Assembly (NCBI GenBank): GCA_040830765.1
Contig: JBFOMH010000001.1
Span: 19,201 to 83,200, forward strand
Source of the DNA: Puniceicoccaceae bacterium
Lineage (GTDB): Bacteria > Verrucomicrobiota > Verrucomicrobiia > Opitutales > Oceanipulchritudinaceae
DNA length: 64,000 nucleotides
Direction of reading: 5' to 3'
Part shown: in pieces, positions 18,086 through 28,016 of the stretch
How positions within the stretch are numbered: the stretch's first letter is position 1
Layout: the number at the start of each line of letters is the position of its first letter
Notes under the pieces: model-generated
What the model was told of the DNA's origin: nothing
Database searches by the model: none
Seen by the model: only the letters and a program-made list of their open reading frames with translations
Position numbers and translations under genes: made by a program

Positions 18086-18189
18086 GATCAGCCTTCTGGC
18101 CAGGGGAGGCACGATAACAGGCAATGAGCATTTAGATCTTCACCTTTTGGGGAAATTCCTGAGTAATCAATATCCGATCGTTGATCAAT

Positions 18190-19530
18190 ATGAACCGGAT
18201 CTATTCAAACAGGAATCACTGTCTAGCCTTTATACTCCTTGTTACTTTCGTGAATTGCCAAGTATCCGCACACCAACCGGATTCCGACCTGCATCACTGG
18301 GAAATCGCGAGCAAGGATCCGGACCGGATATTTCTCAGCTTTCATGGGGATCCCGCAACTACTCGGGCGGTGACCTGGCGGACCGATGCGACAATCGGGG
18401 AGGCCCAGGCACAAATTGCCCTGGTAACAGGGAATCCGAAATTCGACCGGAAAGCAAAGACCTTCACGACCACCACTGAGCCGGTGGAACTTACTCTGCA
18501 TGAGGGTAATAAACAGACCCTTGTCCACTATCATTCGGTGATTTTCGAGGACCTGTTACCGGACACCCTCTATGCCTATCGTGTGGGCAGCAGGAAGCAC
18601 TGGTCAGAATGGATCCAGTTCCGGACGGCCAAGGCGGAACCGGCGCCCTTCAGCTTTGTCTACTTTGGCGATGCCCAAAACGAGATTCTCGGGAAGTGGT
18701 CACGGGTCATTCGCATGTCCTACACAGTGGCACCGGAGGCCGCTTTTGCGATTCACGCCGGCGACCTGGTCAATAACGGCCACATGGATCTCGAATGGGC
18801 GGAATGGTTCAAGGCTGGTGGTTGGATCCACAGCCAGCGAACCGGGATCCCCGTTATTGGTAACCATGAATACCGGACTATCCCGGGAGTCTCCAAGGAA
18901 AAGGTAATTTCCTTAGTCTGGCGGCCTCAGTTCACTTTGCCGGAGGACCCTGCCCTGCCGGAAGCTCTTCGGGAGACGGTTTACACCATTGATTACCAGG
19001 GACTCCGGGTCATTGTCCTGAACTGCATCGACAATCCGGAAGCCCAGGCCGAGTACCTGCGCCAGCAATTGCAGCGACCGGGAGCCCAATGGACGGTGGT
19101 GACCTCCCACTATTCCATTTTCACACCCTACAAAAAGCGCAGTTTTTACGAGTCTTCAACCCTTTGGCTTCCAATCATAGAAGCGTTCGGTGTGGACCTC
19201 GTTTTACAGGGCCATGACCATGCCTACCTCCGCGGACACCAACCCATGCGGCATCAATCCCCGGGATTGAACAATTCCCTGCAGACGATGTTCGTCACAT
19301 CCATGAGCGGAGCGAAGCAGTATGCCATCACAAAGGAACGGGTGGAAGCCTATGCCCAGATGAACTACACCCCGGATAAAATGGGTGAACAGAAGCAGTT
19401 CTTCCAGGTAATTGGGGTGGACGGCCATGAACTGACTTACAGCGCCTACAGCGCTGATGGGGTCCTGTACGATCGGGCGGTCATTACAAAGGATCCGGAA
19501 ACAGGGTTGAAGCATCTTCAGAATCACTGA
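18190..19530 (+). CDS. Secreted purple-acid-phosphatase-like metallophosphoesterase (FN3 plus calcineurin-like domain)
   Basis: FGDAQ, HAGDLVN, GNHEY, VDLVLQGHDHAY; signal peptide. Confidence 0.88.
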   Translation: MNRIYSNRNHCLAFILLVTFVNCQVSAHQPDSDLHHWEIASKDPDRIFLSFHGDPATTRAVTWRTDATIGEAQAQIALVTGNPKFDRKAKTFTTTTEPVELTLHEGNKQTLVHYHSVIFEDLLPDTLYAYRVGSRKHWSEWIQFRTAKAEPAPFSFVYFGDAQNEILGKWSRVIRMSYTVAPEAAFAIHAGDLVNNGHMDLEWAEWFKAGGWIHSQRTGIPVIGNHEYRTIPGVSKEKVISLVWRPQFTLPEDPALPEALRETVYTIDYQGLRVIVLNCIDNPEAQAEYLRQQLQRPGAQWTVVTSHYSIFTPYKKRSFYESSTLWLPIIEAFGVDLVLQGHDHAYLRGHQPMRHQSPGLNNSLQTMFVTSMSGAKQYAITKERVEAYAQMNYTPDKMGEQKQFFQVIGVDGHELTYSAYSADGVLYDRAVITKDPETGLKHLQNH

Positions 19531-19570
19531 TACGCTTGGTTTTCTTTCCTGAGAACCCCCTTTTTTTTCA

Positions 19571-21337
19571 GTGATGCGCCTCTTTTTCCTGTCCATCTTC
19601 CTCGTCAGCGTCGCCTTCTGCATCCTACTATACTGGCTTTCCGGTCGTGGATTGGGCCGCAATGCCTATCTGGAGGCGCATGCCCCGGAATTTACTTCCC
19701 AATTCGGAGACGCCGTACTGGTCTTCAATCCCTCGATGGACATGGAGAGCGTCCAGAAGGTTCTCGATGCACTGCATATGCAGCAGCGGTACAATCAGTT
19801 CGGTCCTGAACGTTATGCCATCCTTTTTGAGCCAGGTGAATATGATCTGGAGATCAAGGTCGACTACTACGTCCATGCCATGGGCCTGGGAAGGCTGCCA
19901 AGCGATGTGCGGGTTAATGGCGTTGTCCAGTCCAGTACCAGCAAGGGAACAAACGAGAATGTCACGACCATGTTCTGGCGGGCTGCGGAAAACTTCCTTG
20001 TTGTACCCGATGAACCGGTCTACTGGGCGGTTTCCCAAGCAGCTCCTTATCGTCGCATGCACATCCAGGGTGATTTGCGACTAGACCTGGGTGGCTGGGC
20101 CAGCGGTGGTTACCTTGCCAATTCCATCATTGAGGGGCAGGCCGGATTGACCAGCGGTCAACAATGGTTCACCCGCAATTGTGAATTGGGCTCATGGGAA
20201 GGCGGTAACTGGAACCGCACCTTTCAAGGGACAGTCGGTGCCCCACCCGACACTTGGCCCTCCGAACCCACGACGGTCATCGAGAAAACCCCGGTCATCC
20301 GCGAAAAGCCCTTCCTGACTGTAGATGCAGAGGGCAACTATGCGGTTTTTGTCCCGGAACTGGTCCGGAACGCTGTAGGCGTCTCCTGGAAGGACGGCCC
20401 GGAACCGGGCGAGCTCGTGCCACTGGAAAACTTCCATATTGCCTTTCCCGGTACCGACGATGCGGCTTCCCTCAACAGGGCATTGGCGGAAGGAAAGCAT
20501 CTCCTCTTCACTCCTGGAATCTATTATCTGGAGGAGAGCATTCGTGTTGAAAGGGAAAACGCTATCCTCTTTGGACTTGGACTGCCGACGCTGGTTCCGC
20601 AATCCGGCCAGGCAGCCATCACTACGAAGGATGTTTCCGGGATCAAGCTTGTCGGCCTTATGGTGGATGCCGGATTGGAAGAATCCCCTGCCTTGATACA
20701 GATTGGTCCCGAGGGAGCAAACAGGGACCATTCAGAAAACCCCATCTCGCTCCACGATGTTTTTTGTCGGGTCGGTGGTTCCATACCGGGAAAGACCGAA
20801 GCCTGCCTCGTCGTGAACAGCAACCATGTCATCCTTGACCATGCCTGGCTCTGGCGTGCGGACCATGGGGCCGGAGCGGAATGGGATGTCAATACCTGCA
20901 AGAACGGTCTGGTTGTCAATGGCGACGATGTCACCGCCTATGGCCTCTTCAATGAACACTTTCAGGAATACCAGACCCTCTGGAACGGAGAACGGGGCCG
21001 GACCTATTTCTACCAGTCTGAAATCCCATATGATCCTCCCAGCCAGGAGCGCTGGATGAATAGAGACCGCAAAGGCTTCGCTTCCTACAAAGTCGCCGAT
21101 CATGTCGAGGACCACCACGCATGGGGACTCGGAATCTACAGCTTCTTCGGCGTAAGGGCCGGCAGGGACCTGGGTGTCCGGCTCGGCAGTGCCATCGAGT
21201 GTCCGGAGGCACCGGGTGTTCGTTTCACCCATGTCACGACCTTTGCCGGTTGGTTTGGGGGTATCGACCACCCGGTCAATGAGCTTGGGGATCCCACTAA
21301 TGCCCAGGCGCTGTTGTTTTTCGACGGTGTCCCCTGA
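19571..21337 (+). CDS. Bacterial GH55-like beta-1,3-glucanase (beta-helix) with N-terminal membrane anchor
   Basis: NQFGPERYAILFEPGEY, FWRAAEN, WAVSQAAPYRR, GWASGG, WLWRADHG, GLFNEHFQEYQTLWNGE.G.TYFYQSE.PYDPP. Confidence 0.75.
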   Translation: MMRLFFLSIFLVSVAFCILLYWLSGRGLGRNAYLEAHAPEFTSQFGDAVLVFNPSMDMESVQKVLDALHMQQRYNQFGPERYAILFEPGEYDLEIKVDYYVHAMGLGRLPSDVRVNGVVQSSTSKGTNENVTTMFWRAAENFLVVPDEPVYWAVSQAAPYRRMHIQGDLRLDLGGWASGGYLANSIIEGQAGLTSGQQWFTRNCELGSWEGGNWNRTFQGTVGAPPDTWPSEPTTVIEKTPVIREKPFLTVDAEGNYAVFVPELVRNAVGVSWKDGPEPGELVPLENFHIAFPGTDDAASLNRALAEGKHLLFTPGIYYLEESIRVERENAILFGLGLPTLVPQSGQAAITTKDVSGIKLVGLMVDAGLEESPALIQIGPEGANRDHSENPISLHDVFCRVGGSIPGKTEACLVVNSNHVILDHAWLWRADHGAGAEWDVNTCKNGLVVNGDDVTAYGLFNEHFQEYQTLWNGERGRTYFYQSEIPYDPPSQERWMNRDRKGFASYKVADHVEDHHAWGLGIYSFFGVRAGRDLGVRLGSAIECPEAPGVRFTHVTTFAGWFGGIDHPVNELGDPTNAQALLFFDGVP

Positions 21338-21359
21338 GACTGCTTTTAGTCCTTTCCTT

Positions 21360-21375
21360 TGGCATGTCTTTTGCT
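21360..21375 (+). promoter_or_regulatory. Sigma54 (-24/-12) promoter TGGCAT-N5-TTGCT
   Basis: GG at 21361-62 and GC at 21373-74, exactly 10 nt apart, 15 nt before the GTG start of the ATP-grasp operon. Confidence 0.75.
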
Positions 21376-21389
21376 TGTATTGCGGGTAG

Positions 21390-22832
21390 GTGTTTCAGGC
21401 GTATCAAAAGGAAAACTTCTTCGATGAAATGTTCGCAGGGGAAAGTGGTGTGGTCTTTGACCACTATCGCCCGCTCTATGAACGGTTCTCCGCCTATGGA
21501 GACGCGGAAATGGAAGAGAAGCAGCGTCTCGTCAACACGGGCTTCCTCGAACAGGGAATTACCTTCACGGTCTATGGGGACGATCAGGGCACCGAGCGCA
21601 TCTTCCCTTTTGACCTGATTCCAAGGATTATTCCGGATACCGAATGGCAGACGATCGAAAAGGGACTGACCCAGCGAATCATCGCGCTGAATCTCTTCCT
21701 CAATGATATCTATCACAATGGCCAGATCCTCAAGGACGGCATCATTCCCGCCGACATCATCCTGAATGCCCTCCATTATCGTCCGGAAATGAAGGATCTT
21801 CCGGTCTCACGGGATATCTACATCCATATCTGTGGCACGGATCTTATCCGTGACGGTGAGGGCCGTTACCTGGTCCTGGAAGACAATGGCCGCTGCCCGT
21901 CAGGCGTCTCTTATCTTCTTGAAAACCGGGAAGCCATGAAGCGGGCTTTCCCCAACCTTTATCAGCAGTGCGGCGTCCGACCGGTCGACCAATATCCGCA
22001 GCTTCTCCTGAAGGCCCTCCAGCACCTTTCTCCGCGCACCGGGCAGACACCGGTTTGCGTATTGTTGACGCCAGGGGTCTACAACAGTGCCTATTTCGAG
22101 CATTCCTTCCTGGCCCGCAAGATGGGGATTGAGATCGTCGAGGGCCGCGACCTCGTGGCCCTGGATGGTTTTGTTTACATGCGGACAACCCGGGGACTCG
22201 TCCAGGTGGATGTCATTTACCGGCGTCTCGATGATGACTTTCTGGATCCGCTGGTCTTCCGTGAGGACTCGATGCTCGGCGTGCCGGGCCTGATGGATGC
22301 CTACATGAGAGGGAATGTTGCCTTGGCCAATGCCGTTGGCACGGGTGTAGCCGATGACAAGGTGACCTATGCCTACGTGCCCGACATGATCAAGTACTAC
22401 CTCGACCAGGATCCTATATTGCAGAATGTCCCCACCTACCTTGCCTGGCGGGAGGATGACCGGAAGTACATCCTTGAAAACCTGGAAAAGCTGGTGGTCA
22501 AGGCGGCCAATGAATCCGGCGGTTACGGCATGTTGATGGGGCCCCGCTCCACCGCAGAGGAGCGGGACAAGTTTGCTGCCATGATCGTGGAATACCCACG
22601 CAATTTCATCGCCCAGCCAGTGGTGTCCCTGTCACGGCATCCGACGATCTGCAACAACCGGCAGATCGAGGGCCGCCATGTGGACTTGCGGCCGTTCATC
22701 CTCTACGGCGAGAAGATGGAGATCATTCCCGGAGGCCTGACACGGGTGGCCCTCAACAGGGGATCCCTGGTCGTGAATTCCTCACAGGGAGGCGGAAGTA
22801 AAGATACCTGGGTCTTAAGGGGGACGCACTGA
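21390..22832 (+). CDS. Circularly permuted type 2 ATP-grasp protein
   Basis: GITFTVYG...[80 protein letters not shown]. Confidence 0.93.
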   Translation: MFQAYQKENFFDEMFAGESGVVFDHYRPLYERFSAYGDAEMEEKQRLVNTGFLEQGITFTVYGDDQGTERIFPFDLIPRIIPDTEWQTIEKGLTQRIIALNLFLNDIYHNGQILKDGIIPADIILNALHYRPEMKDLPVSRDIYIHICGTDLIRDGEGRYLVLEDNGRCPSGVSYLLENREAMKRAFPNLYQQCGVRPVDQYPQLLLKALQHLSPRTGQTPVCVLLTPGVYNSAYFEHSFLARKMGIEIVEGRDLVALDGFVYMRTTRGLVQVDVIYRRLDDDFLDPLVFREDSMLGVPGLMDAYMRGNVALANAVGTGVADDKVTYAYVPDMIKYYLDQDPILQNVPTYLAWREDDRKYILENLEKLVVKAANESGGYGMLMGPRSTAEERDKFAAMIVEYPRNFIAQPVVSLSRHPTICNNRQIEGRHVDLRPFILYGEKMEIIPGGLTRVALNRGSLVVNSSQGGGSKDTWVLRGTH

Positions 22833-23830
22833 TGCTATCACGTGTTGCCAACAGTCTCTATTGGCTGGGTCGCTACCTTGAACGGGCGGAGAACCTCGCC
22901 CGCCTGGTTGAGGTCAATCGCTATGATGCCTTGGATACGGTCGGCGCCGCATCCATCAACAGTGACCAGATCTGGCAACCCCTCCTCTACGCAACCTGCT
23001 CGGAGGATGCATACCGGACCATTTCCGAGTCCTCACCGGACGCCCCGGACGTAGCCAGCTTCATTACCTTCTCGCGGGAACATCCGGACTCCATCCGCCA
23101 GTGCATCGCCAGTGCGCGGGAAAATGCCCGCATGGTCCGTGACCAGATTTCCGAGGACATGTGGCTGGAACTGAACAGCTTCCACCTGTTTATCCAATCC
23201 CGGGAAGCGGAACAGCTCTGGGATTCTCAACCGGACGCCTTTTTCCGGCGTACCATCCGCTCCTGCCTCCTTTTCTCAGGCTTGATCAACGCCACCATCC
23301 TGCACGACGAGGGGTGGCACTTCATCCAGACCGGAAAGTTCCTTGAACGGGCCGACAAGACGACCCGCATCCTTGACATGCTGGCCTATCACGCTGACCC
23401 GGAGCCCGCCCGTCTGGCCTCCGCACTGCGTTCCTGCTCCGGACTGTCCGCCTTTCGTGAGGAAGGTCGCGGGGACATATCGCTTGATACGGTGACCGCG
23501 TTTCTCCTCTTTTCGCAATCCTTTCCCCGCTCCGTGAGGTTTTGCCTGCGCACCCTCGACGAGCAGTTGCACAACATTTCGGGCACCCCTGGCGGCGCCT
23601 TCTCCAATGAGGCCGAGCGCCTTGCGGGCAGCTTGCTGGCCCAACTCAACTTTTCCAGCATGGACAACGTCTGGCAGCAAGGCCTCAATGACTATATCGA
23701 TGGACTGCAGCAGCAATTCAACCACATCGGACAACGCATCTTTGAGACCTATGTCCTCCTCCCCGCGGAAATCCGCAGCGTCAACCGGGATAATGCACCC
23801 GTCTGGCAGCAACAGCAGCAACAACAGTGA
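22832..23830 (+). CDS. Alpha-E domain protein (DUF403) with poly-Gln C-terminus
   Basis: [54 protein letters not shown]. Confidence 0.92.
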   Translation: MLSRVANSLYWLGRYLERAENLARLVEVNRYDALDTVGAASINSDQIWQPLLYATCSEDAYRTISESSPDAPDVASFITFSREHPDSIRQCIASARENARMVRDQISEDMWLELNSFHLFIQSREAEQLWDSQPDAFFRRTIRSCLLFSGLINATILHDEGWHFIQTGKFLERADKTTRILDMLAYHADPEPARLASALRSCSGLSAFREEGRGDISLDTVTAFLLFSQSFPRSVRFCLRTLDEQLHNISGTPGGAFSNEAERLAGSLLAQLNFSSMDNVWQQGLNDYIDGLQQQFNHIGQRIFETYVLLPAEIRSVNRDNAPVWQQQQQQQ

Positions 23831-23840
23831 GCTACCGGGG

Positions 23841-24692
23841 ATGCGGCTACAAGTTCATCATCACACTGAATACCTTTACGGGAATCCCGTCAGCGATAAC
23901 ATCAATGAACTGCGGCTGACCCCGAGGTGTAATCGTCGCCAGGACTGCGAATCCAGCTTTATCAGCATCCTGCCGGCCTCCCGCTTGTCGCATTACGAGG
24001 ACTTGAATATCAATCGCGTTCACCGGTTCGAAATCCCCCAGCCGCATTCCCGGTTGGTCATCGATAGCCGGGCCACGGTTGTCACCTTTCCCTATGTCGA
24101 CTTTGATAACCTTCCCTACGGTTTCCTGCATTGTGAGCTGGGGGGCTGCCGTTACCTGGAGGAATGTCACCCCTTTCTTCAGAACAGCAGCCTGGTGGAA
24201 GTATCCCCCGAGGCCTGGCGGCTAGGCCTGGATATCCGGGACAGCTCGGAAGATGTCTTCCAGACCAGCTATGCGATCATGGAGTACATCTTCCGGAACT
24301 TTTCCTACGCTTCGGGTGCGACAACCGTCTCCACCCACTCGCAATCCGTTTTGGAGAATCGCACGGGCGTCTGCCAGGACTTTGCCCATGCCATGGTTGC
24401 CATTTGCCGCTCCATCGGCATACCGGCTCGCTATGTCAGCGGCTACTTCTATGATGCCACCCGCGACCGTAGCCTGCGCGGCTCGGAGGCCTCCCACGCC
24501 TGGGTGGATGTCTACATCAAGGACTTTGGATGGGTCGGCCTCGATCCGACCAACAACAAGGTCGTTGATGAGACCTATATCGTTCTTGCCATTGGTCGCG
24601 ACTACAAGGATGTCGCCCCGGTCAAGGGCAGCTACCGGGGAACCGGGCGCAGCGCAATGTCCATCGGGGTCCGGGTCGAGAAGCTGGATTAA
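23841..24692 (+). CDS. Transglutaminase-family protein (bacterial TGase N-domain plus core)
   Basis: HHTEYLY, GVCQDFAH, ARYVSGY, SHAWV, GLDPTN, GRDYKDV. Confidence 0.92.
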   Translation: MRLQVHHHTEYLYGNPVSDNINELRLTPRCNRRQDCESSFISILPASRLSHYEDLNINRVHRFEIPQPHSRLVIDSRATVVTFPYVDFDNLPYGFLHCELGGCRYLEECHPFLQNSSLVEVSPEAWRLGLDIRDSSEDVFQTSYAIMEYIFRNFSYASGATTVSTHSQSVLENRTGVCQDFAHAMVAICRSIGIPARYVSGYFYDATRDRSLRGSEASHAWVDVYIKDFGWVGLDPTNNKVVDETYIVLAIGRDYKDVAPVKGSYRGTGRSAMSIGVRVEKLD

Positions 24693-25406
24693 TCAGGCTG
24701 CCGGCTTCGGTTGGTTTCCCAGGTTGAGAATAGCCTTTGCTGTCGAAAGGATCTTTTCCGGCTCAAGCCGCACCTTGTAGTTCTCGTTGACGTAGGCAAA
24801 GCGAATGATGCCGTCTGCATCGACAATGTAGACCGAAGGATGGGGTAACAAATGGTGAGTTTCTCCTGAATCAGCCTCGATGTCGATGCCGTAGGAGTCC
24901 TTATACTTGGATACCAGCTTATCCTCTACTTTGAAGGCGATGCCAAACCGGCTGCTCACTTGCATCGAACTGTCGGAAAGCAAGGTGTAGGACAAGTCGG
25001 CCAGCTTTTCCTTTTGCCGCAGCACCTCCGGACGGTCAGGACTGATGGCCAGCAATGTGAATCCTGCTGAATCAAGTGCCTCCTCAACTTCGGCCAGGGC
25101 GGACAAGTGCCGGCTGCAATACGGGCACCAGCCGCCTCGGTAAAATATCAATACGGCCGGCTTGCCCGAAAGTTCCTCTTCGAGGACATAAGGACTGCCG
25201 AAATCCGTGTAGAGAGTCCCCTCGGGAATGGAATCGCCTTCCGCCAGCGGTGCATCCGGATTGCTGGTTTCCACACTCAGGCCCACCGTACCGATGATAG
25301 CGCTGCAGGCACTGCAGCTGCCTGTCCGTCCGGCAATGAGAATGTAGGAACCGATCAGGCCTATGGCAATTATGGGAACGCCAATTTTTCGCAGGATTGT
25401 CTTCAT
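24693..25406 (-). CDS. AhpC/TSA-family peroxiredoxin-like redoxin, membrane-anchored
   Basis: FYRGGWCPYC, AISPD, LLSDS, LPHPSVYIVD.DG.IRF. Confidence 0.85.
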   Translation of the reverse strand: MKTILRKIGVPIIAIGLIGSYILIAGRTGSCSACSAIIGTVGLSVETSNPDAPLAEGDSIPEGTLYTDFGSPYVLEEELSGKPAVLIFYRGGWCPYCSRHLSALAEVEEALDSAGFTLLAISPDRPEVLRQKEKLADLSYTLLSDSSMQVSSRFGIAFKVEDKLVSKYKDSYGIDIEADSGETHHLLPHPSVYIVDADGIIRFAYVNENYKVRLEPEKILSTAKAILNLGNQPKPAA

Positions 25407-25526
25407 CGTTGTTCTTAAGACGTATTTAGCGGGTATTTATTCCCCAAAAACTGGCAATTCGTCCAGTCGGGTCAAACGGACTTTCCGACCTTGCCAATCC
25501 AGCCGCCCGGTCCCACATTAGCCGCT

Positions 25527-26417
25527 ATGTTCAGAAGGATTCTCTGTATCGTCGCCGGTTTGACACTCCTTGCCGGCTGCAAAACCACTGAGGAGGCGCC
25601 GATCGCCACCTTGCCTCCCATATCCCAACCAGCCACCGGTGTCTCCAATCCGGGGCAGGTTATCTGGCACGATCTGGCCACGCCCGACCTTGCAGCATCG
25701 AAGGAATTCTACGGGGAGTTACTCGGCTGGAGCTTTGAGCAGCTCAACGACAGGGGCCGCCGGTATACCGCAGTTTACAATGGGGAGGCTATCATTGGCG
25801 GGATGTTTGAATTCACCTCCCGCGACCGCAAGGATCCGACCGGTGAGTGGCTTATCAATCTCAGCTCGGCGGATGTCGCCGGAGCGGCCGCGGCATTTAC
25901 TGATGCCGGTGGAGAAATCATCGAGCCGGCCCGTGCCGTTCCCAACCGGGGCACGGCTGCTTTCGTCAGGGATCCCCAGGAAGCAGTGATGGTCCTGGTC
26001 GACTCCTCAACCGGTGATCCGACTGAGGAATTCGTGCCCATTGGTTCATGGCTATGGAATGAGCTGTGGACCCATGACGGCCCGGCCGCGAATGCCTTCT
26101 ACAGCGATTTATTCGGCTACGATACCGAGGAAATGAAAGGACTCGGCGGCCGAAAGTACTATTTGCTCAGTAAAGGCGGAACTCCGGTCGGCGGGATCCT
26201 GGAAATCCAGAACAAGGACATCCGGCCCCATTGGGTGCCCTTTGTCAGGGTTGAAGACCTGCAAGTCTCGCTGGTCCTTGCGGCCACCCTCGGCGCAAAT
26301 GTCCTGATTGAGCCGGATAACGATATTCGCGATGGCAAAGTTGCCCTGATCCAGTCTCCCACGGGTGAACCCCTCGTCCTGCAGGAGTATTCATTTGAAC
26401 CCGGACAATCCGAATAA
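25527..26417 (+). CDS. VOC (glyoxalase/bleomycin-resistance) family lipoprotein, two domains
   Basis: Lipobox LAGC; PGQVIWHDLATPD...FYGELLGW and WLWNELWTHD...FYSDLFGY repeats. Confidence 0.85.
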   Translation: MFRRILCIVAGLTLLAGCKTTEEAPIATLPPISQPATGVSNPGQVIWHDLATPDLAASKEFYGELLGWSFEQLNDRGRRYTAVYNGEAIIGGMFEFTSRDRKDPTGEWLINLSSADVAGAAAAFTDAGGEIIEPARAVPNRGTAAFVRDPQEAVMVLVDSSTGDPTEEFVPIGSWLWNELWTHDGPAANAFYSDLFGYDTEEMKGLGGRKYYLLSKGGTPVGGILEIQNKDIRPHWVPFVRVEDLQVSLVLAATLGANVLIEPDNDIRDGKVALIQSPTGEPLVLQEYSFEPGQSE

Positions 26418-26425
26418 GGCCCGTT

Positions 26426-26668
26426 ATGAAATTAAAGATTCGCACGCTATTACTGGGCCTTCTCCTTGCCGGTGCCTTGTTTTTCAATACCGGCTGTGAC
26501 AACACAACCTTCGGGGTTGGGATCAGTGGATATGACTCCAGTTCCGGGATGAGTTACGGGTACGGTGTCTCCAGCGGTCCCTATGGTACCCACGGCAGCA
26601 GCTACGTCGGTTATTCCAGCGGAGGCTACTACGGGGGCTATTATGGCCGGCCGTACCGACGCTGGTAA
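26426..26668 (+). CDS. Small Gly/Tyr/Ser-rich lipoprotein
   Basis: Hydrophobic N-terminus with NTGC lipobox, GY-rich tail ending YYGRPYRRW. Confidence 0.6.
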   Translation: MKLKIRTLLLGLLLAGALFFNTGCDNTTFGVGISGYDSSSGMSYGYGVSSGPYGTHGSSYVGYSSGGYYGGYYGRPYRRW

Positions 26669-26676
26669 GTGCTCGA

Positions 26677-27168
26677 TTAGAGAGGCAAGGGCTTTTCCCA
26701 GAACTGGGCAGCCCCGACTTCAGGGTCGAGAACGTAGGGCGAAAAGCCAAGGCTGGCATAGAGCTTCTTGGCCCGTTCATTGCCTTCAAGAACCTCCAGG
26801 GTAAGTTTGCAGCATCCCCGCTGCTTGGCCACACGCTCGATTTCCGCAAACAGGGCACTCCCTACCCCTTTGCCCCGGTGGTCTGGCAGGACCGCCACGT
26901 CATGGACGTTCATCAGGGGCCGGGCGGAGAATGTAGAAAATCCTTCCATGGCGATGAGTAGCCCAACCGGTTCCTCTGCCTGAAGGGCCAGCAAGCTGAC
27001 CACCCATGGCCGCCGGCGCAATTCGGCAATGAGGTTTTGCCGGGTGAAAAAGCCCAGAGGCTTGCCCCCTCCCATTGTGTCGCTGGCATAGCTGTCGAGG
27101 ACACGGATAATGCCCTGTGCGTGGGCCTGATCGTTGTAGGGATTGATGAGGATACGGGTGGAAGGCAT
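26677..27168 (-). CDS. GNAT-family N-acetyltransferase
   Basis: EGFSTF..RPLMNVHDVAV...RGKGVG, CCKLTLEVLEGN..A..LY...GF. Confidence 0.88.
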   Translation of the reverse strand: MPSTRILINPYNDQAHAQGIIRVLDSYASDTMGGGKPLGFFTRQNLIAELRRRPWVVSLLALQAEEPVGLLIAMEGFSTFSARPLMNVHDVAVLPDHRGKGVGSALFAEIERVAKQRGCCKLTLEVLEGNERAKKLYASLGFSPYVLDPEVGAAQFWEKPLPL

Positions 27169-27206
27169 AATTTGTGTCGGAAGCGAACCATTCCCCGGCC
27201 CGGTTC

Positions 27207-27926
27207 TCAAGCACGAAGCGATAATTTCTGCAGAACATTATCAAATTCCAAATCCACACCCCGGGTAATCTGTACCATCTTTTCCGTTATTGGATGCATA
27301 AACTCAAGGGAGCTTGCCACCAGCAGCAGGCGGTGGGAGTCGAACTTTTCCCGGAAGAGGCGGTTGTGGAATCCATCCCCGTATCGCGTGTCTCCGATGA
27401 TCGGATGATGGATGTGTTTCATATGCCTTCTTAACTGATGCATCCGTCCACTGGCCGGGACCAGCTCCAGCTCGCTGTAGCGTGCGGTCGGGAACTCCCC
27501 CACGGGCTGGTTGATTTCAAATTGTCGCAAACGACGATAGGCCGTCCTGGCCTCCTGCGGCTCGCCTCCACCACGTAGCGTCCTTCCCTCTTCCTTGTAG
27601 CTCAGCGGGTGGTCGATGACATCCGCCTCCTCGGTCCATCCGCGGACCACGGCGTGGTAAATCTTACGGGTAGTCCTCGCTTTGAACAAGGCGGATCCCA
27701 GTCCCAGCGATTCCTTGTCGAGGGCAAAGAGGAGAACCCCACTGGTCGGCTTGTCCAGCCGATGGCATGGATGGACTGGTTTCCCAATCTGGTCCCGCAG
27801 CAGTTGCAAGCAGAATCGATGTTCGCCGGCGTCAATGCGCGACCGATGGACGAGTAACCCGGCCGGCTTGTGCACCGCGATGTAGTAATCATCCTGATAC
27901 AGGATTTGAAGGGGTTCAACATTCAT
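27207..27926 (-). CDS. truC: RluA-family pseudouridine synthase, TruC-like
   Basis: [40 protein letters not shown]. Confidence 0.82.
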   Translation of the reverse strand: MNVEPLQILYQDDYYIAVHKPAGLLVHRSRIDAGEHRFCLQLLRDQIGKPVHPCHRLDKPTSGVLLFALDKESLGLGSALFKARTTRKIYHAVVRGWTEEADVIDHPLSYKEEGRTLRGGGEPQEARTAYRRLRQFEINQPVGEFPTARYSELELVPASGRMHQLRRHMKHIHHPIIGDTRYGDGFHNRLFREKFDSHRLLLVASSLEFMHPITEKMVQITRGVDLEFDNVLQKLSLRA

Positions 27927-28016
27927 AGCCTAAATCAGCATCAACTGTCTTCCGTTTACCGTAATGTCACAAGGAAGGAATTGCCACAAAGGCAGAATTC
28001 CTTCAAGAAACCGTCC

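Noticed and set aside
19556..19568. C5T8 homopolymer before the GH55 gene (and C7 before uxuA) as phase-variation tracts
   Set aside because: Too short and outside coding sequence; no supporting evidence.
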